Shown here: piece after piece, positions 1-10,529 of the stretch
How positions within the stretch are numbered: position 1 is the stretch's first letter
Layout: every line of letters starts with the position of its first letter
Source: Malacoraja senta
Lineage: Eukaryota
Direction: 5' to 3'
Length of the DNA stretch: 64,000 nucleotides
NCBI GenBank assembly: GCA_038087875.1
Contig: JAXLNO010000217.1
Span: 1-64,000 of the forward strand
Position numbers and translations under genes: made by a program
Notes under the pieces: model-generated
What the model was told of the DNA's origin: nothing
Database searches by the model: none
The model's input: the letters and a program-made list of their open reading frames with translations, nothing else

Positions 1-140
1 TTAATCAGCCATGATCACATTGAATGGTGGTGCTGGCTCGAAGGACCGAATAGCCTACTCCTGCACCTATTGTCTACTGCACTAAACCTTATTCCCCTTA
101 TCATGTATCTGTACACTAAATGGCTCGATTGTAATCATGT

Positions 141-437
141 TTTAGTTTAGAGATACAGCGCGGAAACAGGCCCTTCGGCCCACCGGGTCCGCGTCGACCA
201 GCGATCCCCGCTCATTAATACTATCCTACACCCACTAGGGACATTTTTTAACATTTACACCAAGCCAATTAACCTACAAACCTGTACGTCTTTGGAGTGT
301 GGGAGGAAACCGAAAAACCCACGCAGTCACAGGGGGAGCGCACCAACTCCGGTACAGACAGCACCCGTAGTGGGGATGGAACCCGGGTCTCCGGCGCTGC
401 ATTCGCTGTGAGGCAGCAACTCTACCGCTGCGCCACG
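141..437 (-). mobile_element. tRNA-derived SINE with CR1-like 3' tail
   Basis: Minus strand gtggcgcagcggtag (A box)...gggttccatccc (B box)...ggccgaagggcctgtttcc...(CTAAA)n. Confidence 0.85.
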
Positions 438-904
438 ATTAATTTTACTTTCTATCTTTTACAGAGGCTCTGAAGAAGGAACTGGGTAAGGTTGGGGGGG
501 GGGGGAGTGTGGGTGCGGGGTGGGAAGTGTGTGGGGGGGTTGCGATAGGGGGGCACTAAATGACTCCACGATGTTGGGGGTAAAGGGGACCTCTGTTTCC
601 TGTTGTGGAGAGAGAGCAGGATTTATCCCTGAAGCTCTCGAGATGTGATCCTTCATTTTCACGGAAACAGGCCCTTCGGCCCAACTCCTCCATGCTAACC
701 ACGGTGCCCCATCTAGGCAAGTCCCATTTAGAGTCACACAGCAGGGAAACAGGCCCTTCGGCCCAATCCCTCCATGCCGTCCAAGCTTCCCCATCTAGGC
801 TAGTCCCATTTAGAGTCATACGGCAGGGAAACAGGCCCTTCGGCCCAACTCCTCCATGCTAATCAGGGTGCCCCATGATTTCTCCGTCCAGGAAACTAGG
901 TTAT

Positions 905-1988
905 AGACAATACACAATTGGTGCAGGAGTAGGCCATTTGGCCCTTCGAGCCAGCACCGCCATTCAATGTGATCATGGATGATCATCCACAATCAGTACC
1001 CCGTTCCAGCCTTCTCCCCCATATCCCCTGACTCTGCTATTTTTAAGTGCTCTATCTAACTCTCTCTTGAAAGCATCCAGAGAACCTGCCTCCACCGCCC
1101 TCTGAGGCAGAGAATTCCACAGACTCACAACTCTTTGTGTGAAAAAGTGTTTCCTCATCTCCGTTTCTAAATGGCTTACCCCTTATTCTTAAACTGTGTG
1201 GCCCCTGGTTCTGGACTTCCCCAATATCAGGAACATGTTTCCTGCCTCTAGCGTGTCCAAACCCTTAATAATCTTATATGTTCAATAAGACTTCCTCTCA
1301 TCCTTCTAAATTCCAGAGTGTACAAGCCCAGCTGCTCCATTCTATCAGCGTATGACAGTCCCGCCATCTCGGGAATTAACCTGGTGAACCTACGCTGTAC
1401 TTCCCTCTACACTAGTCCCACCTGGCCACGCTGACCCACATGCCCCACCTACACTATGTACTACCTGCCCGCGTTTGGCCCATATCCATCTAAACATGTC
1501 CTATCCATGTACCTGTCTAAATGACTTAGAAACATAGAAAATATGTGCAGGTGTAGGCCATTCGGCCCTTCGAGCCTGCACCGCCATTCAATATGATCAT
1601 GGCTGATCATCCATCTCAGTATCCTGTACCTGCCTTCTCTCCATAACCCCTGATCCCTTTAGACACAAGGCCACATCTAACTCCCTCTTAAATATAGCCA
1701 ATGAACTGGCCTCAACTACCTTCTGTGGCAGAGAATTCCACCGATTCACCACTCTCTGTGTGAATTTTTTTTTTCTCATCTCGGTCCAAAAGACTTCCCC
1801 CTTATCCTTAAATTGTGACCCCCTTGTTCTGGATTTCCCCCAACATCGGGAACAATCTTCCTGCATCTAGCCTGTCCAACCCCTTAAGAATTTTGTAAGT
1901 TTCGATAAGATCCCCCTCAATCTTCTAAATTCTAGCGAGTACAAACCGAGTCTATCCAGTCTTTCTTCATATGAAAGTCCTGCCATCT
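905..1988 (-). mobile_element. Two adjacent CR1 3' fragments (~905-1400, ~1528-1988)
   Basis: FFTQRVVSLWNSLPQ..FKRELD motifs and CR1 3' UTRs. Confidence 0.88.
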
Positions 1989-2085
1989 TACTTGGAAATG
2001 TTGTGATAGTCCCAACCTCCTCCTGCACCTATTGTCTCTGTTTCTATGTCCTTAACCTGAACGCCACCTCTGTTGACTCTTTCAG

Positions 2086-2645
2086 TTGCTGTCACCCTGG
2101 ACCCCGACACTGCCCACCCGATGGTCCATGTATCCCCTGACCTGGTCACGGTGCGCTGTGTCAAGGGGCAGTCGATCACTTCTGGAGACAGGGGGGGGTT
2201 TGGAGCCCGTCCTCTCAGTGATGGGGAAGCCACCTCTCGGAGATGAGGAAGGGATCACCTCTTGCAGGTGCTACTGGGTGGTGGAGGTGGGCAGCAACTC
2301 CGAATGGGACCTGGGAGTTGCCTCCAACAAGGTGGAGAAGAGCGCTAGGAGTTCGCTGATCTCTGAGGGAGGGATCTGGACCATCGGGTGCCACCGGAGG
2401 TGTTCAGGGTCAACGACGCCAATTCCACCCGGATCTCCATCCACCCAGCCACCCAGGAGAAGATCCAGATGATCGTTGTATACCTTGACTACAACGAGGG
2501 CAAGGTCCTGTTCTGTGATGACAGCGCTGGTTCTCACCTCCACTCCTTCCGTGATTGTATGTTCAAGGGTGGCCTCCTCCCCTTCTTCAACGTCTCGGCT
2601 TCAGGGAACCCACTGAAGATTTGTCCAGTTGTCCAGGCTGCGTGA
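2086..2645 (+). pseudogene. Divergent PRY/SPRY (B30.2) terminal exon with two frameshifts
   Basis: ttcag|TT GCT GTC ACC CTG GAC CCC GAC ACT GCC CAC CCG = AVTLDPDTAHP. Shift near the G-run at ~2190-2203 to EPVLSVMG...YWVVEVGSNSEWDLGVA...IWTIG; second shift at ~2390-2400 to IVVYLDYNEGKVLF...LHSF...LLPFF...PLKICP*. Confidence 0.8.
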
Positions 2646-2659
2646 GTCCTAGTTGCCTG

Positions 2660-4205
2660 GGCATCGAGTGTCCTCTTACAAGTTAATATCACCAGCAACT
2701 TGTCCCTCACCATCCACATCAAAGCAACGACCAAAGAAAGCAAACCAACGCTTCTACTTCCTGAGAAGGCTTAGGAAGTTCGGCATGTTCCCAACAACCT
2801 CTCCCCAACTTCTACGAATGCCCCGTGGAAAGCATTTAATCCGGATGCATCACAGCACGGTTTTGGGAACAGCTCTGTCCAAGATCGCAAGAAATTGCAG
2901 AGTTGTGGAGGCAGCCCAGACCGTCGCGGCCACACAAACCAACCTCCCTTCCATCGACCCCATCTACACCTCACGCTGCCTCGGCAAGGCCAGCAGCCCA
3001 GACCATCTCACACACAAACCAACCTCCCTTCCATCGACCCCATCTATACCTCACGCTGCCTCGGCAAGGCCAGCACCCAGACCATCTCACGAACCAACCT
3101 CCCTTCCATCGACCCCATCTACACCTCACGCTGCCTCGGCAAGGCCAGCAGGCCAGACCATCTCACGAACCAACCTCCCTTCCAATCGACTCCGTCTACA
3201 CCTCACGCTGCCTCGGCAAGGCCAGCAGCCCAGACCGTCACACACACAAACCAACCTCCCTTCAATCGACCCCATCTACATCTCACGCTGCCTCGGCAAG
3301 GCCAGCAGCCCGACCATCACACACACAAACCAACTTCCCATCGACTCCATCTACACCTCACGCTGCCTCGGCAAGGCCAGCACCCAGACCATCTCTCGAA
3401 CCAACCACCCTTCCATCGACTCCATCCTGCACCTCATGCTGCCTCGGCAAGGCCAGCAGCCCAGACCATCACACGAACAAACCAATCTCCCATCGACTCC
3501 ATCTACACCTCACGCTGCCTCGGCAAGGCCAGCAGCCCAGACTGTCACACACACAAACCAACCTACCTTCCATCGACCCCATCTACACCTCACGCTGCCT
3601 CGGCAAGGCCAGCAGCCCAGACCATCTCACGAACCAACCTCCCTTCCATCGACTCCATCTACACCTCACGCTGCCTTGGCAAGGCCAGCAGCCCAGACCA
3701 TCTCACGAACCAAACCTCCCTTCCATCGACCCCATCTACACCTCACGCTGCCTCGGCAAGGCCAGCAGCCCAGACCATCTCACGAACCAACCTCCCTTCC
3801 ATCGACCCCATCTACACCTCACGCTGCCTCGGCAAGGCCAGCAGCATAATCAAGGACCAGTCTCACCCCCGGTCATTCCCTCTTCTCCCCTCTCCCATCG
3901 GGGAAGAGGTACAGAAGTGTGAAAACGCACACCTCCAGATTCAGGGACAGTTTCTTCCCGGCTGTTATCAGGCAAGTGAACTGTCCTCTCACCAACTAGA
4001 GAGCGGTCCTGACCTCCCATCTACCTCATTGGAGACCCTCGGACTATCCTTAATTAGACCTTATCTTGACCTCCGATCCTCTTCTTTAGAGATCCTGGGT
4101 CTATCTTTAATTGCACTTAACTAGACTTTATCTTGCACTAAAAAATGTTATTCCCTTTATCCTGTATCTGTACACTGTGGACGGCTTGATTGTAATCATG
4201 TGTTG
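2660..4205 (+). mobile_element. Rex1/Babar-type LINE 3' fragment
   Basis: KKANQRFYFLRRLRKFGM ... YTSRCLGKASSIIKDQSHP ... SRFRDSFFPAVIR, a Rex1-like RT C-terminus. Related pieces at ~34258-34545 (+) and ~50080-50440 (-). Confidence 0.75.
2911..3845. repeat. 75-80 bp minisatellite, 12 copies, derived from the Rex1 ORF
   Basis: Unit cagcccagaccatctcacgaaccaacctcccttccatcgaccccatctacacctcacgctgcctcggcaaggccag; anchor ggcaaggcc occurs 12 times. Confidence 0.95.
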
Positions 4206-4450
4206 TTTAGTTCAGCTTAGTTTAGAGATACAGCGTGGAAACAGGCCCTTCGGCCCACCGGGTCCGCGTCGACCAGCGATCCCCGCATATTAACACTATC
4301 TCCAACACCGACTAGTGACAATTTTTACATTTACACCAAGCCAATTAACCTACAACCCTGCACGTCTTTGGAGTGCGGGAGGAAACCGAAGATCTCGGGG
4401 AAAACCCACGCAGGTCACGGGCAGAACGTACAAACTCCGTACAGACAGCT
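4205..4450 (-). mobile_element. SINE, 5'-truncated
   Basis: Matches 141-360. Confidence 0.8.
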
Positions 4451-4574
4451 GTTTTTTGGGGAGTTATGTAATCCTGAGAGGGGAAAGAGGCTGGGTGGGA
4501 TCAATGAATCCTGGGCACCAGTTAGGACTGCAAGAATACTGGACAGGCTCTGGCTCATGAGAATAGCCTCCTAA

Positions 4575-5450
4575 AAGTAAGCATGCAGGTACAGCAGGCA
4601 GTGAAGAAAGCCAATGGCATGTTGGCCTTCACAACAAGAGGAGTTGAGGATAGGAGCAAAGAGGTCCTTCTGCAGTTGTACAGGGCCCTAGTGAGACCAC
4701 ACCTGGAGTATAGTGTGCAGTTTTGATCTCCAAATTTGAAGAAGGACATTCTTGCTATTGAGGGAGTGCAGCGTAGGTACACCAGGTTAATTCCCGGGAC
4801 TGTCATACTTGTATACACTTAAATTTGGAAGGATGAGAGGCGATATTTTTGAAACACATGATTATTCTGGATTTGGACATGCTAGAGGCAGAAAACATGT
4901 TCCCGATGTTGGGGTAGTCCAGAACCAGGGGCCTCCGTTTAAGAATAAGGGAAAGGCTATTTAGAACGGAGATGAGGAAACACTTTTCACGCAGAGAGTT
5001 GTGTATCTGTGTAATTCTCTGCTTCAGAAGGCAGTGGCGACCAATTCTCTGGAGGATTTCAAGAGTGAGTTAGGTAGAGCTCTTAAATATAGCGGAGTCA
5101 GGGGATATGGGGAGAAGGCAGGAACGGGGTACCGATTGTGGATGATCAGCCATGATCACAGTGAATGGTGGTGCTGCCTCGAAGGGCCGAATGGCGTACT
5201 CCTGCACCTAGTTTAATAGGAATCGGAGCTGGTAACGTTTTTAATGCAAAGGGTGGTGGGTGTATGGAACGAGCTGCCAGAGGACGTTGTTCGTTTAGGA
5301 AACATTTGGAAAGGTACGTGGATAGGACAGGTTTAGAGGGATATGGGCCAAATGCAGGCAGGTGGGACTAGTGTAGATGGGACATGTTGACCGGTGTGGG
5401 CAAGTTGGGCCGAAGGGCCTGTTTCCACACTATATCTATCACTCTATGAC
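4575..5450 (+). mobile_element. CR1 3' fragments
   Basis: QQAVKKANGMLAF... through the 3' UTR, then a second CR1-type tail. Confidence 0.85.
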
Positions 5451-5699
5451 TACAGTGTGGACTTTGGAAAATGTCCTCTCTTGCTTACAGGATCAGTAGA
5501 CTGTTTATGTAAACTTGCTGACCTGGGGTACGGTAATATTCTACTGGACTGTTTGTAATCACAAATATAATTGCAGTGTGTAGCATTTCACACCTGTGAC
5601 AATAAAAGTGCCAATGAGATTCCGACGACTGCGTGCGTGTTCAATTTGTAAACGGTTCAAAACAGGAGCGAGACCAGGAGGAGCGGGAACCGGGGGTCT

Positions 5700-6235
5700 G
5701 GCCCACCGCGCCCTCGAGGTCGGCTGTGGGAGGCTCCCACTTCTGCGGCGAGGAAGAGACCGTGCCCACGTCTACGTGCAGTGTGAGAGGTTGCAGCCCC
5801 TATTCGACTATCTGAAGGGGGCTGCTCCTCAAGTGTTGGCTACATGTTAGCCCCACACTCCTGATATTTGGGCACCCGGTACAGAGGGGGTGGGGGGGGG
5901 GGGGGCATCTCCCTGTCCGTCTGGGCCTGGCCAAGATGGCCATTCGCGGGTCCAGGCAGCGGGTAGTCGATGGCCACACCAGGGCCAGCTGCCTGCCCCT
6001 TTTGCGGGCATACGTCCGTGCCCGCGTGTCCCTGGAGAGGGAACACACACGCGGTGTCCACGGAGACTCTGGAGGCCGTCCGTGAACGCTGGTCGCCGCG
6101 GGAGGTCGAATGTCTTGTTGATAAAGTTGGCGTTATATTAATTTGTTGTTTGTACATAGGCAGCCTTTGATTGTATTAATACTCTGTTTAATTTTATTAT
6201 TTGAATACAAGTAATTGTATAATATTTAAAAAAAA
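5700..6235 (+). mobile_element. Tx1-type (L1 group) LINE 3' fragment
   Basis: Frameshifted FCGEEETVxHVYVQCERLQPLFDYLKG..WLH.SPTLLIFGHPV..GLAKMAI..TLEAVRERW, a Tx1 ORF2 C-terminal Cys-rich region, followed by an AT-rich UTR and an A-run. Confidence 0.75.
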
Positions 6236-7029
6236 CCCTCGGGGTGGAGACACAGAAACATAGGTGCAGGAGTAGGCCATTCGGCCCTTCAAGCCAGCAC
6301 TGCCATTCAATGTGATCAGGGCTGATCATGCCCAATCAGTACCCCGTTCCTGCCTTCTCCCCATATCCCCTGACTCCGCTATCTTTAAGAACACAATCTA
6401 GCTCTCTCTTGAAAGTATCCACGGAATTGGCCTCAAGTGCCTTCTGTGGCTGAGAATTCCACAGACTCACAACTCTCTGGGTGAAGAGGTTTTTCCACAT
6501 CTCAGTCCTAAATGGCCGACCCCTTATTCTTAACCTAACTCTATTCTTGTAAACCAGCAGCGGCAGGGTGGAGGTCGAACGCGGACCCGGCAGAGTGGAG
6601 CTCAAACGCGGACCCGGCAGAGTGGAGCTCAAAGGTGGACCCGGAATGGTGACGATCGAGCGCGTACCTGGGGGAGATAGGCTGCCCCTTCGCTCTTGGT
6701 TCACCCTACACGGTCCGCCATGTAGTTTCCTGTCCACGGTCCGCCCTATTTGGTCCGCACTACGTTGCCAGCGCCCACAGCGCCGCGTCCCCGCTTCGCT
6801 TTATTAAGCGTGCGCACTCTTAGTTCCGTTTCCACACGATGGACCCTACACGGTCCGCTTTCAGATTCAGAGACAGATATACGTCGGTCCGTTTGAGTTT
6901 CACCCCGCACCAGAGAGACGGGAGGGGGGGAGGGAGGGAGGGGGGGAGGGGTGATGAAGGGGGAGATGAATGAACTGCCAGGGCCGGATTAATGCCTCTC
7001 GGCCCTAAACAGAAAATATTACGGTGCAA

Positions 7030-9341
7030 ACGACAATCTAGAAGGCCAGAAGGAAATACTACCTACGGCAGAAAGCAGACGAGGAACTGATCAATGCAGG
7101 TAGACAAAAATGCTGGAGAAACTCAGCGGGGTGAGGCAGCATCTATGGAGCGAAGGAGGAAAGGTTTCACCCCGAAACGTTGTCTATTTCCTTCGCTCCA
7201 TAGATGGTGTCTCACCCGTTGAGTTTTCTCCAGCATTTTTGTCTACCTTCGATTTTTCAGCATCTGCAGTTCCTTCTTAAACAACTGATCAATGCAGACC
7301 TGGATGCTTTACGGGACCATTATCTCTCAATGGGGAATGCTTCTCTATTCAGGAGAAGTGGGACACTGGTGAAACTGAAATAAAGCAGTTCATGGAGAGA
7401 CATAATCCAAAAAAGACAGCAGCCAAACCAAATACCCTACCCTGGTTCACCAGACATCACCACAGACTCAGACGTAAGAGACAGAGGGCATACAATAAAG
7501 CAAAGAAGACACAAGACAAAGAAGATTGGGGTTCCTTTGTAAATTGCCGGAAGGAATTAAGGAAAGCTCTGAATAAAGCCGAACAAGACTTTGTATCAAA
7601 CATCCTTACCACAGCAATGAAAAAAACGTCAAACAATTTAGGTCTTATATGAAACATTTGGGTAACGGAGAGAAGGGAGTTGCAGACGTCAGGGTGAACA
7701 ACACAGTTGTAAGTGACGGGAAAGGGAAGGACGAAGCACTTAATGCTCAATTCACCAGCGTATTTACGAGGGAAAACAAGTCATACATTCCATCGATGGG
7801 AACCAGTAACCTTACAGGATATCCCTGAACTTGTGATCCATGAGGCAGGAGTACTAACACAACTACAGAACCTAATGGCAAACAAAGCAGCGGACCCAGA
7901 TCAGTTACCACCATGGTTTCTAAAGATGTTCGCATCGAAAATAGCACCCATACTCACAGATTTATTCCAGTCCTCAATTGATTGTGGGTCACTACCACGA
8001 CAGTGGAAGGAAGCAAACATCTGTGCAATATTTAAGAAGGGCAATAAGGCTGCGCCTGTGAATTACAGACCAGTTTCACTGACCAGTGTTACATGTAAGA
8101 TCATGGAACACATCATACACTCTCACATCATGGACCATTTCCAAAAGAATGGGATACTGGTGGACTCACAACATGGCTTCAGAGCAAAATGTTCAACGGA
8201 AACACAACTTATTGTCACTATTGATGACATCACAGGGGCATTAGAAAAGGAGAAATCTATACATATGGCAATCCTGGACTTTTCAAAAAGCATTCGATAA
8301 AGTTCCTCATGAAAGGCTCCTATTAAAACTGGATTACTATGGCATCAGAAATAGTCTACATAACAGGATTAGGGACTTTCTCACAAACCGGACGCAGAGG
8401 GTGGCCTGTGAAGGAAACATTTCTTTAGAAGAACAAGTACTGTCAAGAGTACCGCAAGGCACGGTCCTTGGACCATTGTTGTTCCTGATGTACATTAATG
8501 ATCTACCTGAACACATAAATTGTAAAACAAGACTCTTCGCAGATGATTGTCTCGTATATACACCTGTCACTGAAGCAGAGGATATGAACTCCTTATAAGA
8601 AGACCATAAGTCCTTGGAAATAAGGCAAAACACATGGAAGATGAGCTTCAACCCAACCAAATGCTCAATTATGGTAATTTCAAACAAGAAGAAACCAGCT
8701 ACTCGAGACTACGTCTTCTGTGGACAAATACGTCATCGTACAAGTTCACAGCCATACCTTGGAGTTCATCTTGATAGCAAGCTTTCGTGGGGGGAACACG
8801 TGGACAACACGGTCTCTAAAGCCAACCGGACACTAGGATTCCTTGGATGAAACTTCTGGTTCTGCCCAAAGGAAGTGAAAACCACAGCAAATACAACATT
8901 GGTTAGACCCTTACTGGAATACGCTTCATGCTCCTGAGACCCATACAAAACTGGTCATATCAACAAACTAGAAGGGGTTCAGAGGAAAGCAGCACGCTTT
9001 TGCATCGGGAACTACAATAGAGGTAGCATTGTCACCCAGATGCTGTGCGACCTGGAGTGGGAAACGCTGGAAACAAGAAGGGCAAGGAACAGACTAGCCA
9101 TGTTGTACAAGATTCAAAAGGGGATGGTGGGCATAACTGCAGATAGATACATATCATACTCAACAGAAAGGAGAACAAGAAAGAGAAATGATATGCAAAT
9201 AAAAAAACCAATTCGCCAGGACAGATATTTATAAGAACTCATTCTTTGTAAGAACCTTAAAGGAATGGAATAAACTAGACAACAATATAGTTAAATGAAC
9301 TTCACTAGACAATTTTAGGGGGGGGCACTGACAGCACGTTA
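7030..9341 (+). mobile_element. Degraded divergent CR1-group LINE ORF2 (RT)
   Basis: NYRPVSLTSVTCKIMEHII, QHGFR, VPQGTVLGPLLFLMYINDLP, LFADD, LVRPLLEYAS, LEWETLETRR; several stops and frameshifts. Confidence 0.85.
7100..7282 (+). mobile_element. Miniature Penelope-derived fold-back insertion
   Basis: Same termini as 10530-11325 (gtagacaaaaatgctggagaaactcagc...cagcatttttgtctacc + ttcgat...gttccttct). 15-bp TSD aactgatcaatgcag (7085-7099 / 7283-7297). Confidence 0.85.
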
Positions 9342-9680
9342 GGCGGGGAGACACCGCGCCGGGTAACCTCGACCTCTCCCTCCCGATTGCTCGGCTCCAG
9401 GGACACTCTTCCCCCCCCCACCCCCCCCCCCCCCAGGTGGGAAGTGACAAAATTCGGCACACATTAGGGTCCGACAATTGTCGGCGGACTTTAGGACCCG
9501 GGTGAGCCCGGAGCTCAGGACCCGCCGCCCGCGGCTGCTGCTGAACGCGCGGGAAGGGAGATGGTTTCAATCTATATATTTTCACAAAAGTAATTTCTGT
9601 TCCGTTGCCGGACGCGGTTAACGCGTTAAAATGAACGGATCGACAGACAGACAGACAGACAGCTCTGATTTCAGTTGCTG

Positions 9681-9723
9681 TTTATTTCACTCTTCCCACA
9701 TTTACATTCCCCCTGGTTTTATT
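9681..9723 (-). terminator. Candidate polyadenylation signals of the TRIM gene
   Basis: AATAAA on the minus strand at 9718-9723 and 9681-9686, 150-200 bp after the stop. Both are conserved in the duplicate near 39460-39500. Confidence 0.5.
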
Positions 9724-9876
9724 TCCGCGCTCACTCACTGGGGTTTGTTTCACGACGCGGAATTTGGGGATTAAATGGGAGCCGTTCGTTCAGCGCCGAC
9801 CTGTTGTCCACCGGGTTTCTGCCCCACAGCCCTGGCTGAGCCCCGCTCCTGACGCCGGTCCCGGGACCCGACCCTT

Positions 9877-10409
9877 TTACACACCCGGAGCGGAACCGGA
9901 GCAGATTCTCAGCCACTGGTTTTCATCCCAAGTCCAGAAGAAAGGATAAAGTTTCTCCGTGAATTTATTCCCAGTGAAGGTGTGGAGATGGGACTTGGTG
10001 TCCGCGTCGTAAAATGAAACTGTCCCGGACTCGTAACTGAGATAAACTCCCACCCTCCCGGGGATGGGACGGGCGGGGAGAGGGGATGGAGGGGAGGTGA
10101 CTGCATCAAACGCGTCATCCCACCGCCTGATGATCCAGACTCCAGTCTCCGGGGTCGGTGTGACCCCTCCCTTCCTCTCCACGGACTCTGCGGCGACTCC
10201 CAGACCCCAGCGCCGACTCCCCGCCACCTCCACCTCCCAGTAATGTCTCCCCGATGTGAATCCCTCCGATCCCAGCACACACTCCCAGACTGTAAACCTC
10301 TTCCCGGTGTCAGGGAGACTCCTCCCGGTCCCGGTCCATCTCACCCTCTTCCGATCCTCAGACACCTCGAGCAGCGCATGCGCTGTTTCCACATCCAGGG
10401 TGACGGAGA
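9877..10409 (-). CDS. TRIM coding exon 6: PRY/SPRY (B30.2) domain to stop codon
   Basis: ccccccag|TC TCC GTC ACC CTG GAT: VSVTLDVETAH...VLGSEGFTSGRHYWEVEV...RVGVYLSYESGTVSFY...KLYPFF...GV*. The six exons total 1413 bp = 470 aa + stop. Confidence 0.95.
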
Positions 10410-10529
10410 CTGGGGGGAGAAGCAGAGAATCAGAGAGTCAGTCCCCGGGGGTTGGGGGTAGACTCGGGCACAGGCGGGCGGACAACTGAAACCTTGTCCG
10501 GGGTTTCAACCCAACAACATCAGGTGGAC

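Noticed and set aside
2653..4124. Long overlapping ORFs of 339-409 aa
   Set aside because: They arise from a stop-poor minisatellite open in all three frames within a Rex1 remnant, not from a gene.
5620..6250. Tx1 insertion into a specific snRNA/tRNA target
   Set aside because: The flanks do not resemble U2 snRNA or tRNA sequence as far as I can see.
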